64,000 bases of DNA from a virus (lineage: Duplodnaviria; Heunggongvirae; Uroviricota; Caudoviricetes): the IMG/VR virus record IMGVR_UViG_3300037455_000543, positions 59,136 through 123,135 of that record. One strand, 5' to 3'. Shown one piece after another: positions 9,206 through 18,450 of this stretch. The translations under genes and the position numbers were made by a program. How positions within the stretch are numbered: the first letter of the stretch is position 1; each line of letters begins with the position of its first letter. Below the pieces are notes generated by a model. It did not search any database and was not told where the DNA came from. It worked only from the letters and a program-made list of their open reading frames with translations.

Positions 9206-9821
9206 ATATATGTGTTATAATACCAGTTATACTTCGTTTATTATTTGTTTTTATATTTGCTATAATTTGTATTTGCTTAATATTCTTGATAACTTCTTCA
9301 GTTTTTACCTGTCCAGGATAACCTACTGGTATAATGTTAGAAATTATATCATTAAGATACTGTAAAGTGCCTTTGTTATTATGAAAAACATATTCATTAG
9401 CATTATGAACATTAGTTGATGTATGTAAATCTTCTATAATATATTGTCCGCCAGATTTTAAGCAGTCAAATAACATTTCAAATGATTTTATTTGATGTTC
9501 TATAATATGAGAGCCATCATCTACAATAATATCTATGTTTTTATTATTTGAGAGATTTGATAATTGTTCTATATTTCCTTGATCTAATAGTTTTACTTCT
9601 ATGTTAGAATTAAATGATAAATGAGATTTATCATTAATGTCATAACCAACTATTTTTGCGGTCGGATAATAGTCTGCCCACATTCTTAATGAAGCACCAT
9701 CTAGTACACCAATTTCCCATAGTTCATTAATGTTTTTATTTAATTCTTTTTCATAAGAATTACAAAAATCATGTAAATAAGCTTTATCAGTATTATATTT
9801 TATGCCTAATTCATTTAACAT
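9204..9821 (-). CDS. SAM-dependent sugar O-methyltransferase-like protein
   Basis: TDK..H, WEIGVLDGASLRMW, GYDI, DQG, DIIVDDGSH, YIIEDL (MycE/TylE-type pattern). Confidence 0.8.
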   Translation of the reverse strand: MLNELGIKYNTDKAYLHDFCNSYEKELNKNINELWEIGVLDGASLRMWADYYPTAKIVGYDINDKSHLSFNSNIEVKLLDQGNIEQLSNLSNNKNIDIIVDDGSHIIEHQIKSFEMLFDCLKSGGQYIIEDLHTSTNVHNANEYVFHNNKGTLQYLNDIISNIIPVGYPGQVKTEEVIKNIKQIQIIANIKTNNKRSITGIITHI

Positions 9822-9829
9822 ATTATCCC

Positions 9830-10489
9830 CTATTGTTCAAGTTTTTTCCAACTTACACCTTTAATGTGTCTAAAAAATGAATTGTCTTTAAAATAAACGA
9901 AGTTATATTTTGCGACATTTTCATAAAGGCCTCGTCCAGTATCATAGCACATTTGATGCGTTATATCCAAAAATTTATCTTCTGTTAAAAATTTTAAATT
10001 CATTTCTATGAATTTTTTACGATTTATAAAACAACAATGCGGAGCAACTCTAGGCATTCTTGTACTTCCTATATCTTCAGGAGTTATACAAGAATAAAAA
10101 GGCTGATTACTTTCAATTAAAAAATCAATTTTATCATCAAAAACTTCATTAATAATTACATCAGTATCAAATAAAAGAATAATATCAGCATTAGATATAT
10201 TGTAAATATAATTATCTACTGTATATGCATGATGAGCTGAACCATATAATGATGCTGACTTACGTAAATGAATTTTATTTTTTTCTTTTAATGTATTGAT
10301 AAAATTATTAGCTTCTTTATGAAAATTTATAATATTAAATAAACTATTATTATCTTCAAAATTAATTGGTCCATTATTTATAATTGTAATCTCAAATTGA
10401 TATTTTTTAATACATTTATATAAACCTATTATGAGCTGTTTTACATAATCTGGTGTATTAAAATTCACTGTTAATGCTTCTATTTTCAT
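9830..10489 (-). CDS. GT2-like glycosyltransferase
   Basis: Start moved to MKIEALTVNFNT; IINNG, HHAYTVD, LLFDTDV (DxD). Confidence 0.7.
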   Translation of the reverse strand: MKIEALTVNFNTPDYVKQLIIGLYKCIKKYQFEITIINNGPINFEDNNSLFNIINFHKEANNFINTLKEKNKIHLRKSASLYGSAHHAYTVDNYIYNISNADIILLFDTDVIINEVFDDKIDFLIESNQPFYSCITPEDIGSTRMPRVAPHCCFINRKKFIEMNLKFLTEDKFLDITHQMCYDTGRGLYENVAKYNFVYFKDNSFFRHIKGVSWKKLEQ

Positions 10490-10494
10490 ATATA

Positions 10495-10508
10495 TATTTA
10501 TATAAATA
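10495..10508. promoter_or_regulatory. overlapping divergent late promoters
   Basis: TATAAATA on - (10495-10502) and + (10501-10508) between divergent glycan operons. Confidence 0.7.
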
Positions 10509-10512
10509 AAAT

Positions 10513-11187
10513 ATGACATATACAATAATTCAAGCAGTGACAAATAGTTATGATAAAATTTTTGATTGTAATGATTTAAATGCAACAGAACGATTATTGT
10601 TTACCGATAATAAAACTAATGTAAAAAATTGGAATATCCAATATATAAAACCCGCAAAAGATTATCCATTTGATGATATTTTCAGTATTCGATGGAATCC
10701 ATTTAAATATACAAATACTGATTATGTAATATGGTTAGATGGTAGTATTAAAATAAATGGTAGTGTTAAAAAATATATTGATGAAATGATAAAAACAAAT
10801 AGTGATTTTGGTGTTCTTAAACATCCGTTTAGGAATAATATATTTGATGAATATCGTGAATGGTGCAAAATAAGAAATTATAATCAAACTATGGCATTTA
10901 AATGGTTAAATTATATTACAGAAAATGGTTGGAATCCTAAAAACATTGGATTATATCAAGTTAATGTATGTATATTTAAAAATACGGAAAGAATTAAGCA
11001 ATTTTGTTTAGACGCATGTAAAGAATTACATGTAATGGATAATAAACATTTTGAACGTTTAGATCAACCAATAATTACGTATTTGTTAAAAACTAAATAT
11101 AAAGATTTAAATATTTTAGAACTTAGTGAAAAAATGTATAAAAATTCGAAAGAATTAAAATGGGTTTATAAACATCCAAAAAGATAA
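10513..11187 (+). CDS. DUF616-like glycosyltransferase
   Basis: AVTNSYD, LLFTDN, IWLDGSI, KHPFRNNIFDE, RLDQPII. Confidence 0.75.
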   Translation: MTYTIIQAVTNSYDKIFDCNDLNATERLLFTDNKTNVKNWNIQYIKPAKDYPFDDIFSIRWNPFKYTNTDYVIWLDGSIKINGSVKKYIDEMIKTNSDFGVLKHPFRNNIFDEYREWCKIRNYNQTMAFKWLNYITENGWNPKNIGLYQVNVCIFKNTERIKQFCLDACKELHVMDNKHFERLDQPIITYLLKTKYKDLNILELSEKMYKNSKELKWVYKHPKR

Positions 11188-11208
11188 ATTAAATATTGGT
11201 ATAAAAAT

Positions 11209-12330
11209 ATGGAAAAACCAGTTATATTATTTGAAAGTATTCCAGATTTTACAGGTAGTTCATTATCATTATATAATGAGTTTATTAGGCGTGGTTTTGA
11301 TAAAAAATATGATTTATTGTGGACCGTCTCTAAAACAGCAAAACTAAACCCAAAATTTAGAACTGTTTCATTATTTAAAATGGAAAATAGCAATTTAATT
11401 GATAATACTATACAAAATCAAAATATACTAAAAAGAACAAAGCTTATAATAGATAGTAACAGGTTAATTAAAAAACCGTCAATTAATTCTTATAGAATAC
11501 ATGTAAGACATGGCTGTGCTTTTAAAGACTGTTCAAAAATATATTATAAAAATGTTGGAGAATTAGATGCTATAATTACGACATCAAAAGAAATGAAATC
11601 GATTGACCAAAAATTTTGGGCTTCATGTGTAAAAGATAAATTTATTATTACTGGTTTACCATCAACCGACCGTTTATTTAAACCAACTGACCTATATTCA
11701 AATGGATTTATTTATGAATTAACAAAAACTAATAATAAATTTACAAAAATTATTGGTTGGCTTCCTACATTTAGAACAGGTAAAAGCGGTATTTTTGCCG
11801 GAAAAAAATTTAAATTTGGAATACCAATTCTGTATAATCTTGAGGATTTAAAGGAAATTAATGAATATTTAAAACAGCAAAACATATTATTACTTATACA
11901 AATTCATCACTATCAAATGAAAGATTTTGTAGTTCCTGAATTATCAAATATAATTTATATAACTGAGCAAATTAAACAAAAATATAATATAACTACCCAT
12001 GATTTAATGCCTGCATTTGATGCATTAATTACAGATTATTCTGCTGCATACCATGAATATATTTTATTAGATAGACAAATAGGTTTAACCATAGATGATT
12101 TAGTTGAATATAGCAAAACTGAAGGTTTTTGTTATAATTATCTTGATTGGATAAAAGGTAAATATATATTGGATAAATCTGATTTACTGTCATTTATAAA
12201 TAATGTTATAACAGATAATGATACTGAAAAAGAAAAAAGAGAACAAAGTTTACATAAAATACATGATTTTATTGATGGAAACTCAACTAATAGGGTTATA
12301 GATTATTTAATAGTGAATGCAAAATTATGA
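11209..12330 (+). CDS. CDP-glycerol glycerophosphotransferase (TagB/TagF family)
   Basis: HVRHG..FK, ITGLPSTD, IGWLPTFR, IHHY, DALITDYSAAYHEYILLDR, DGNSTNRV. Confidence 0.85.
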   Translation: MEKPVILFESIPDFTGSSLSLYNEFIRRGFDKKYDLLWTVSKTAKLNPKFRTVSLFKMENSNLIDNTIQNQNILKRTKLIIDSNRLIKKPSINSYRIHVRHGCAFKDCSKIYYKNVGELDAIITTSKEMKSIDQKFWASCVKDKFIITGLPSTDRLFKPTDLYSNGFIYELTKTNNKFTKIIGWLPTFRTGKSGIFAGKKFKFGIPILYNLEDLKEINEYLKQQNILLLIQIHHYQMKDFVVPELSNIIYITEQIKQKYNITTHDLMPAFDALITDYSAAYHEYILLDRQIGLTIDDLVEYSKTEGFCYNYLDWIKGKYILDKSDLLSFINNVITDNDTEKEKREQSLHKIHDFIDGNSTNRVIDYLIVNAKL

Positions 12331-12962
12331 ATTTAATGGAATATCTATATAAAACTTATGGGCAAAAAAGAGTAGATGATATTCTTTATTATTTGCCAGC
12401 AGATAAAAATTATCAAATTCTAAAACAACATTTAGAATTAACAGAATATACTGAAGAAAATCTTTCTCACTATAAATCTTTAGTAATTTCGAAACTTGAA
12501 TGTAAAATATCAGACAAGCTTTTTCTTTATGATCTTTCAAATATTATAGCTAATACAGATTTTAAGTTTAAAGATTATAATACAATTATTACTTATGGAA
12601 CTTTTGATTTATTTCATATTGGTCATTTGAAATTACTTGAAAGAATTTCAAAGATGTGTAATAATTTAATCGTTGCAGTTTCTACCGATGAATTTAATGC
12701 ACTTAAGGGTAAGAAATGCATTATTCCTTTTGAACAAAGAGCTGCTATTGTTGCTGGATGCAAATATGTCACAAAAGTTATTCCTGAAACTTGCTGGGAA
12801 CAAAAAGAAAAAGACATTGAAAAATATAATGTAGATGCTTTTGTAATGGGAGATGATTGGAAAGGAAAATTTGATTTCTTAAAAGAAAAGTGCGAAGTAG
12901 TTTATCTGCCACGCACTCCTGATATTTCTACAACTTTATTAAAAACAACAATAGGTAAATAA
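12327..12962 (+). CDS. tagD: glycerol-3-phosphate cytidylyltransferase with ~80-aa N-terminal extension
   Basis: ITYGTFDLFHIGH, AVSTDEFN, MGDDWKGKFD, LPRTPDISTT. Confidence 0.9.
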   Translation: MNLMEYLYKTYGQKRVDDILYYLPADKNYQILKQHLELTEYTEENLSHYKSLVISKLECKISDKLFLYDLSNIIANTDFKFKDYNTIITYGTFDLFHIGHLKLLERISKMCNNLIVAVSTDEFNALKGKKCIIPFEQRAAIVAGCKYVTKVIPETCWEQKEKDIEKYNVDAFVMGDDWKGKFDFLKEKCEVVYLPRTPDISTTLLKTTIGK

Positions 12963-12965
12963 ATT

Positions 12966-13589
12966 ATGTTATGTGTATTAGGCTGTTTAGATACAAAATA
13001 TGGAAAAGAAATAGCAAATGAAATGTTAAACTGGTTAAAACCAGAACATGATGTTCTTGAAATACACCAAGAACCACCTGGAGAATTATTTGAATATCCT
13101 GCGATAAATTATGTTATAAAATTAGCAATTGATACAAATGAACCAGTATTATATGTACACACGAAAGGTGCAGGAAATCCAATACCGCCACAATATAAAA
13201 AATATATAATAAATAAAAATATTAATGTTCCCAAAACAGCGACTAAACAAGATTGTCAGAAAACAGTTAGAAACATGTGGAAACATGAATTTACTGGCGA
13301 AAGATTACAAAATTATTTAACAGCAATAAATACAAATAAACCAACAGTTGTATGTCCATTAACTGGTATTGAAAAAGTTACTTGGCAAAATGGGTGGATA
13401 ATTAATCCGGCAGCTGCAAAAATATTAAGAGAAAGTTTTCATTTTGATTCAAATAGATATTATTATGAAAATTTATTTTCAAAAACAAATATAAATGTTA
13501 TTGGCATGATTTCAAATACATGTAATCGTAAAGATAATTTATATTTAAAAAAAATGTGGAATATAATTTGGAAATTTTATAATATTTAA
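12966..13589 (+). CDS. glycan-cluster protein with YxHTKG motif
   Basis: LYVHTKG motif, seen in glycosyltransferase-like viral proteins; cluster context. Confidence 0.6.
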   Translation: MLCVLGCLDTKYGKEIANEMLNWLKPEHDVLEIHQEPPGELFEYPAINYVIKLAIDTNEPVLYVHTKGAGNPIPPQYKKYIINKNINVPKTATKQDCQKTVRNMWKHEFTGERLQNYLTAINTNKPTVVCPLTGIEKVTWQNGWIINPAAAKILRESFHFDSNRYYYENLFSKTNINVIGMISNTCNRKDNLYLKKMWNIIWKFYNI

Positions 13590-14197
13590 ATATTAAAAAA
13601 TTCTTTTATTATTTTTAAATTATTTTTTACGGTCGGTTCAGGATTTTCAATTCTATTTACTAAAATCGTTTTACAAAAATTATCATTTCTTTTTATATTT
13701 TTATTTTTTGTAATTATTATACGTTTATATTGACTATTACAATTAGCGATATCATTTAAATTATATTTTATATTAGAATTACCTAATGTTTCTTCTCTAA
13801 TTAAAAAACATGGTTCTTCTTTAAGGCTTAACATTCTTTTTGTGCGTTCAATATATTTTTCATTAACAAATTCCCAAATTTTATTATAGCAAATATCACC
13901 TGTCCAATGTTCTTCAATATCATATTTCTTTTTTTGAATAATTTGTGTTGCTGTTGGATCAAAAATATAATGAACATAATTAATTTCTATCTTATTATCT
14001 ATTCTTATAATAAATGTATTTGGTTTAATTTTTGATTTATCCATTTCATAATTAAACCAATTTATATTTTTAAAATTATTTAACACTTCATATATACTAT
14101 CATATGATGAAATCATCCAAATAAAAGGATTATTAAATTTATTATTGGTTTGCTGATATAATCTGCCACCACAACAATTATTAGAAATTACAAACAT
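13586..14197 (-). CDS. DUF1919-like polysaccharide biosynthesis protein
   Basis: ISNNCCGGRLYQ...FNNPF, YVHY, W...Y.ERTKRM. Confidence 0.75.
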   Translation of the reverse strand: MFVISNNCCGGRLYQQTNNKFNNPFIWMISSYDSIYEVLNNFKNINWFNYEMDKSKIKPNTFIIRIDNKIEINYVHYIFDPTATQIIQKKKYDIEEHWTGDICYNKIWEFVNEKYIERTKRMLSLKEEPCFLIREETLGNSNIKYNLNDIANCNSQYKRIIITKNKNIKRNDNFCKTILVNRIENPEPTVKNNLKIIKEFFNI

Positions 14198-14225
14198 TAT
14201 TTTCTCATTATTTCTTTTATGCTCA

Positions 14226-14540
14226 CTATTTCTTATCCAGCTTATGGATTAATTTTTCTATATATTTTTTAATATCTTCTTTATCCTGTTCAGAAGAAAA
14301 CCACTTGCCTTTACCATCGCAGCTTACACAAAGATCATCTTCGTCAAAGAAAATATCGCAAACAGTTAGTCTTTCATTAATGTCAGTAATCTTAATACTG
14401 TTACCGTCATACCAGGCAGTTCCGATTTTTTCTTCTCTAAGAGAATCATTTAAATATTGACAGAGGTCGTCATATCCTTCAATAGATTCTACAAGATAAC
14501 CGGCGGTTTTTAATGTATTGATTGCTTCATTTAGATTCAT
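14226..14540 (-). CDS. LNEA-motif late protein
   Basis: MNLNEAINTLKTAGYLVES. Confidence 0.8.
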   Translation of the reverse strand: MNLNEAINTLKTAGYLVESIEGYDDLCQYLNDSLREEKIGTAWYDGNSIKITDINERLTVCDIFFDEDDLCVSCDGKGKWFSSEQDKEDIKKYIEKLIHKLDKK

Positions 14541-14543
14541 GAT

Positions 14544-14897
14544 TTAACCTTCGCCCCATTTGCCAGGTTCAAACATATCGGCAGGTCTTTCATTTTCCGG
14601 TAAGCACTTACTCAAACAGTCATAGAAAGCGGCCAATGCTTCGGACGCAGCCAAGATATCTTGCTGTAAGAATTCAATATCTGACTTTTTTGCTAAAATG
14701 TCACCAGCTTTTAGGTTTCTCATCTTAGTCAGATAGCTCATATAATATTTCCAGTCCGGACAAAGATATTCGTCCGTAATATATTCTGACAAGTTTTGAA
14801 TCGATTTCACGTCTTCCTGGCTAACCTGATAACCATCGAGATCTTCTACCAAATAATCGTTCTTGGAAAGAACTTTTAATGCTTCGTCTAAATTCAT
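14544..14897 (-). CDS. LNEA-motif late protein
   Basis: MNLDEALKVLSKNDYLVED. Confidence 0.8.
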   Translation of the reverse strand: MNLDEALKVLSKNDYLVEDLDGYQVSQEDVKSIQNLSEYITDEYLCPDWKYYMSYLTKMRNLKAGDILAKKSDIEFLQQDILAASEALAAFYDCLSKCLPENERPADMFEPGKWGEG

Positions 14898-14909
14898 AAA
14901 TAAAACCCG

Positions 14910-14942
14910 TTTACAGTTCCATCGTTTTTTATTATATTTATA
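14910..14942. promoter_or_regulatory. overlapping early (+) and late (-) promoters
   Basis: TTTACA(14910)-17-TATATT(14933) on +; TATAAATA on - at 14935-14942. Confidence 0.7.
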
Positions 14943-14945
14943 ATT

Positions 14946-15257
14946 ATGATTCAGGAACAGGAAAAATTAGACAACGCCCTAGCGGTTATCAAGGATATTA
15001 AGGAAAGGGCTAAAACTAGACGACATCTATGGCTTCATTATCTTGAAACGAGCGGTAAAAATCCCAATGATCTCTGGATTTTGAGGATGACTGACGGTAA
15101 TTATGATGTCACAGATGATGGCGTATTCTATGTAATCTGGGATAACGGCGAATATTGCTACGCATTTATCCCCATGGATTTTGTTTTCATGACTGACAAG
15201 GAAATCGGCGAGATGATTACAAGGGACAGAACAGTCAAGCGTGAATGGGAGAAGTAA
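14946..15257 (+). CDS. hypothetical protein
   Basis: First gene after early promoter. Confidence 0.75.
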   Translation: MIQEQEKLDNALAVIKDIKERAKTRRHLWLHYLETSGKNPNDLWILRMTDGNYDVTDDGVFYVIWDNGEYCYAFIPMDFVFMTDKEIGEMITRDRTVKREWEK

Positions 15258-15712
15258 TGGTCGATATTAAAGATTTTATCAATAATATGTGCAATGACTC
15301 TAAAATCGTATATGTATTTGATGCAGTTCATGGCGCTAATGTAGAGGAATCAAAGAAGATTACTCTTGTAAATACTTCTTTACTCGATGACGTCATTCGT
15401 ATTCTTTATGGCATGGTGGAATGCTTTAAACCGGAAGTATTTCCAACAATGTCGATTATTCTCTATCATCCTGAACTCATGCATACTCAATGGGAATTAG
15501 ATAATGCTGAAGTTCAAAATTGTACTGGAATTCCAGCAAATGTAGGCCATATTATTAGCGGATATATGGGTGAAAGAAAAAATAAGCGTGCTGCATCTTT
15601 TAAATTTATGGACGATTTACTTAGTCAGTTAGAAAAACAAGGCGTAACAGTATATCGTCTTGCAGGCGATTACATGAAAGAACAAAATAAAAATAAAGAA
15701 GGTAATAATTAA
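15257..15712 (+). CDS. hypothetical protein
   Basis: TAATG overlap; ORF track start 15245. Confidence 0.7.
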   Translation: MVDIKDFINNMCNDSKIVYVFDAVHGANVEESKKITLVNTSLLDDVIRILYGMVECFKPEVFPTMSIILYHPELMHTQWELDNAEVQNCTGIPANVGHIISGYMGERKNKRAASFKFMDDLLSQLEKQGVTVYRLAGDYMKEQNKNKEGNN

Positions 15713-15714
15713 TT

Positions 15715-16200
15715 ATGAGTAATTATAGACGAGGTACTTATAAGAATGACAAGATGAAAGAATCCCTGATGGAGTTGGGTCGTCTCAGGGCGCAGAGAAA
15801 ACAGCTCGATAACCAGATTAACAAGATTCTGAAAGACGCTGATGATCCGGTTGACTTGGGTGACGGATTCTTCCAACGCAGAAACATTCTGTTCGTAGAT
15901 TTCTCTGAATTCCAAGAGGTATGTAGCAAAAACGATCTTGATGTTTCCATCGACGAAAACCTTGACATTTTACATGATACCAGTTTCCCGAGTAGCTGCA
16001 GTGAGATTAACGAACTGGATGAAGATTCTACCATCGATGCAGCAATTAAGTATCTGGATAATACGGTTGCTATGCTTAACATGTTCAGGGCAAATCTTGA
16101 CAGGGCAAAGGATTCAGGCTGCGAATACCTGGTCGACTACGGTTGCACCGAACCGAAGGATTTTGACTTCAACGACGACGATGACGATGACGATGATTAA
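15715..16200 (+). CDS. acidic hypothetical protein with poly-Asp tail
   Basis: Ends DFDFNDDDDDDDD; basic N-terminus. Confidence 0.75.
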   Translation: MSNYRRGTYKNDKMKESLMELGRLRAQRKQLDNQINKILKDADDPVDLGDGFFQRRNILFVDFSEFQEVCSKNDLDVSIDENLDILHDTSFPSSCSEINELDEDSTIDAAIKYLDNTVAMLNMFRANLDRAKDSGCEYLVDYGCTEPKDFDFNDDDDDDDD

Positions 16201-16522
16201 CGTAACATTGGAAAGAGAAAAGTTCATGATTGCCTGTCGTGCGTTTTTCCCAAATTGTGAATTCGCAGGACTGGACGAAAAAGGGCCAAACATTTTCATG
16301 AATGAAGTCGAATACGCTCCTGAAAAGCATGTCTGGGCAAGTCTCTATCTTAACCAGCCAGGCGATAAGCCAGGAAAACCAGTCTGGCTGGAAGAACCAG
16401 TCTATAAGCTGGCCTATGAAATCGACAAGCGAAGTTATGCTACACGAGAGAACGAAGTCTTTTTTGTGGATCTCAAAGCATTCTCAAATGCGCTTAAGGA
16501 ATTAAAAAAGGTTGACGGTTAG
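16193..16522 (+). CDS. hypothetical protein
   Basis: 3' part of ORF 15938; ATG 16193 overlaps upstream stop. Confidence 0.65.
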   Translation: MINVTLEREKFMIACRAFFPNCEFAGLDEKGPNIFMNEVEYAPEKHVWASLYLNQPGDKPGKPVWLEEPVYKLAYEIDKRSYATRENEVFFVDLKAFSNALKELKKVDG

Positions 16523-16540
16523 TCGGCCTTTTATTATATC
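16508..16540 (+). promoter_or_regulatory. terminator hairpin with embedded early-type promoter
   Basis: AAGGTTGAC-ggtta-GTCGGCCTT+T run; TTGACG(16512)-17-TATATC. Confidence 0.55.
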
Positions 16541-16560
16541 GCCTATTTTTTGAAAACTCT

Positions 16561-16568
16561 TATAAATA
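16561..16568 (+). promoter_or_regulatory. late promoter TATAAATA
   Basis: Exact match 19 nt before ATG 16588. Confidence 0.7.
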
Positions 16569-16587
16569 ATAAAAATAGGAGTTTCAA

Positions 16588-16851
16588 ATGAATTTAAACG
16601 AAGCCACTCAGCTTTTAAAGAAAAACGGATATATTGTTGAATCTGTTTTCGATGAACCACAATATAAAGAATGGTACGGAATTTTCCACGATAAACTTTT
16701 GGACGGTTTTGTAAGTCTGGAAATCGATGATAAATTTGAGCAGTTCTTAGAAGACCATAAGAACGAAATCCAGCGTGGCTTCCTTATGGGTAAACCGCCT
16801 AAGGCATTTTCTTATTCGATTCTCGATAAATATTTAAACGAGCTGCAATAG
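16588..16851 (+). CDS. LNEA-motif late protein
   Basis: MNLNEATQLLKKNGYIVES; AGGAG SD. Confidence 0.8.
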   Translation: MNLNEATQLLKKNGYIVESVFDEPQYKEWYGIFHDKLLDGFVSLEIDDKFEQFLEDHKNEIQRGFLMGKPPKAFSYSILDKYLNELQ

Positions 16852-16881
16852 AACAGAACGTAATTAATAATTATGCTTTTT

Positions 16882-16917
16882 AAAAGGGTTGACATTTAGT
16901 CGACCCTTTTCTATATT
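16882..16917 (+). promoter_or_regulatory. terminator/early-promoter module
   Basis: AAAAGGGTTGAC-attta-GTCGACCCTTTT; TTGACA(16889)-17-TATATT. Confidence 0.75.
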
Positions 16918-16924
16918 TAAAAAT

Positions 16925-17146
16925 ATGAAATTTAGACTATATGCTTATCGACGTTCAACTGGTGAAGGAATTATGAAAGAATATCGTAAATTCCTTGATG
17001 GCGCAATAGAAGCCAATAAGTTGAAGAAAGACCCAGATATTGTCTATGTAACGTTAGGAGAAATAACCAAAGACTATTCAGGAATAGTTACTGTAGGACC
17101 AAAACCAATCTTGTTTACCCCAATTGAAGAAAAATATTGGAACTAA
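16925..17146 (+). CDS. hypothetical protein
   Basis: Start moved to ATG 16925 after promoter. Confidence 0.7.
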   Translation: MKFRLYAYRRSTGEGIMKEYRKFLDGAIEANKLKKDPDIVYVTLGEITKDYSGIVTVGPKPILFTPIEEKYWN

Positions 17147-17158
17147 AAAGGAGCAAAA

Positions 17159-17572
17159 ATGTCTAAGACAATCGCAGTAAAACATGGAACTTATAAAAAC
17201 TATGACTACATGGTGTTAAATGCCCGTGGAACTCATTTTTGTGCTTATGTAAGACTTCCAGAATCTCATCCATTTTATAAGCTTCCGTATGATGCTATTG
17301 ATTTGGATTGCCATGGCGGTTTAACCTTCAGTGAAATGACAGACTTCGAGAATGTTCGTCTCAGAGTATGGGATCCTGGGTGTGGATTATGGTGGATCCC
17401 TGGCCGTTGGGAAGAAGAAAAAGTAAAGAAAGGTTACTGGATTGGCTGGGATTATTATCACGATGGTGATTTCTGTCCGGCGTTTCCAGAACGCGGCGGT
17501 AGAGAATGGACTGCTGATGAAATTGTTCTCGAAGCAAAAATGGTAATTGAAGAACTAATCAAGAAGGAATAA
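17159..17572 (+). CDS. conserved phage protein (HGGLTF/WIGWD motif)
   Basis: FCAYVRLP..HP, CHGGLTFS, WIGWDYYH: common phage family of unknown function. Confidence 0.75.
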   Translation: MSKTIAVKHGTYKNYDYMVLNARGTHFCAYVRLPESHPFYKLPYDAIDLDCHGGLTFSEMTDFENVRLRVWDPGCGLWWIPGRWEEEKVKKGYWIGWDYYHDGDFCPAFPERGGREWTADEIVLEAKMVIEELIKKE

Positions 17573-17575
17573 ATC

Positions 17576-17935
17576 ATGGCGGAAAGCTTAGGAAAAATAT
17601 TATTCAATAAAGCCAACGCGGTAAATGACCATATCGATGAAAAGAAGATTGACCTGCTTTATAAGTTGGCTATCAATATGGCTACTAAAGAAGCAAATGC
17701 CGGTAAATATTCAGTAAATATAACTATCAATCAACGCGAATATGACGATGAATGTCCTTATTTTGACTTTACCTATGATTCACCCCGTCTGTTCGATAAA
17801 GTCATCCCAGAAGTAGTTAAAAAGCTGAATAATGAAGATATAGTAGTTAGTGTACATAAGAGTCCAGAAGGTCAGGTATTTCATTGGATTATGACATTGA
17901 TGTTCGGCAAAGACCAAGTTAACAAGAAGAAATAG
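17576..17935 (+). CDS. hypothetical protein
   Basis: 119-aa ORF, AAGGA SD. Confidence 0.75.
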   Translation: MAESLGKILFNKANAVNDHIDEKKIDLLYKLAINMATKEANAGKYSVNITINQREYDDECPYFDFTYDSPRLFDKVIPEVVKKLNNEDIVVSVHKSPEGQVFHWIMTLMFGKDQVNKKK

Positions 17936-17945
17936 GAGTTTAATT

Positions 17946-18449
17946 ATGTCTGGAGTTACATATCTTGGTATATTAGCTGTAATATTTCTTATTACTGTAC
18001 TGTTAGTTTGCGTAGGCAGTGATGGTGAAGAAGCGGATTTTGATAAATTTTGCGAAGGCCATCCATTTATGGGCTTTTTTGTTATACTTAATTGTGTAAC
18101 ATTGACTTTTGGTTTTGTTATAGGTGCATTCTGGTTTATGTCTTATATTCTTTCACCTACCACAGAACCAAAATATACAACCGAATATGCTGTAAAGGAA
18201 CAACCTAAAAATAAGGCAGAAGTAGTTAAGGTTGTAAATGATGCAATCAAGGAAACAAATCGAAAAACAGATGAAAGCAAGTGGCTACTGGAAAACAAGA
18301 AAACTAAATTGACAGTAAAGGCTGAAATTGAGGAAGGTTCCAATATCAAGGAAGCAAAGCTGGAATTTGTTGTCGACAGCGTAACTGATAAAGATATTGA
18401 TTTTGCACATAATGCCATTGCTGGAATTGTAAGTCAAATTCAGGAATAA
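17946..18449 (+). CDS. two-TM membrane protein, paralog of 18451
   Basis: Two hydrophobic segments; C-terminal LLENKKTKLTVKAEIE module. Confidence 0.8.
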   Translation: MSGVTYLGILAVIFLITVLLVCVGSDGEEADFDKFCEGHPFMGFFVILNCVTLTFGFVIGAFWFMSYILSPTTEPKYTTEYAVKEQPKNKAEVVKVVNDAIKETNRKTDESKWLLENKKTKLTVKAEIEEGSNIKEAKLEFVVDSVTDKDIDFAHNAIAGIVSQIQE

Positions 18450-18450
18450 T

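Noticed and set aside
5426-14197. DNA hypermodification (glucosylated hmC-type) cluster
   Set aside because: No hydroxymethylase, thymidylate-synthase-like or nucleotide kinase gene is linked; the families are cell-surface-polymer types under late promoters. Disfavoured, not disproved.
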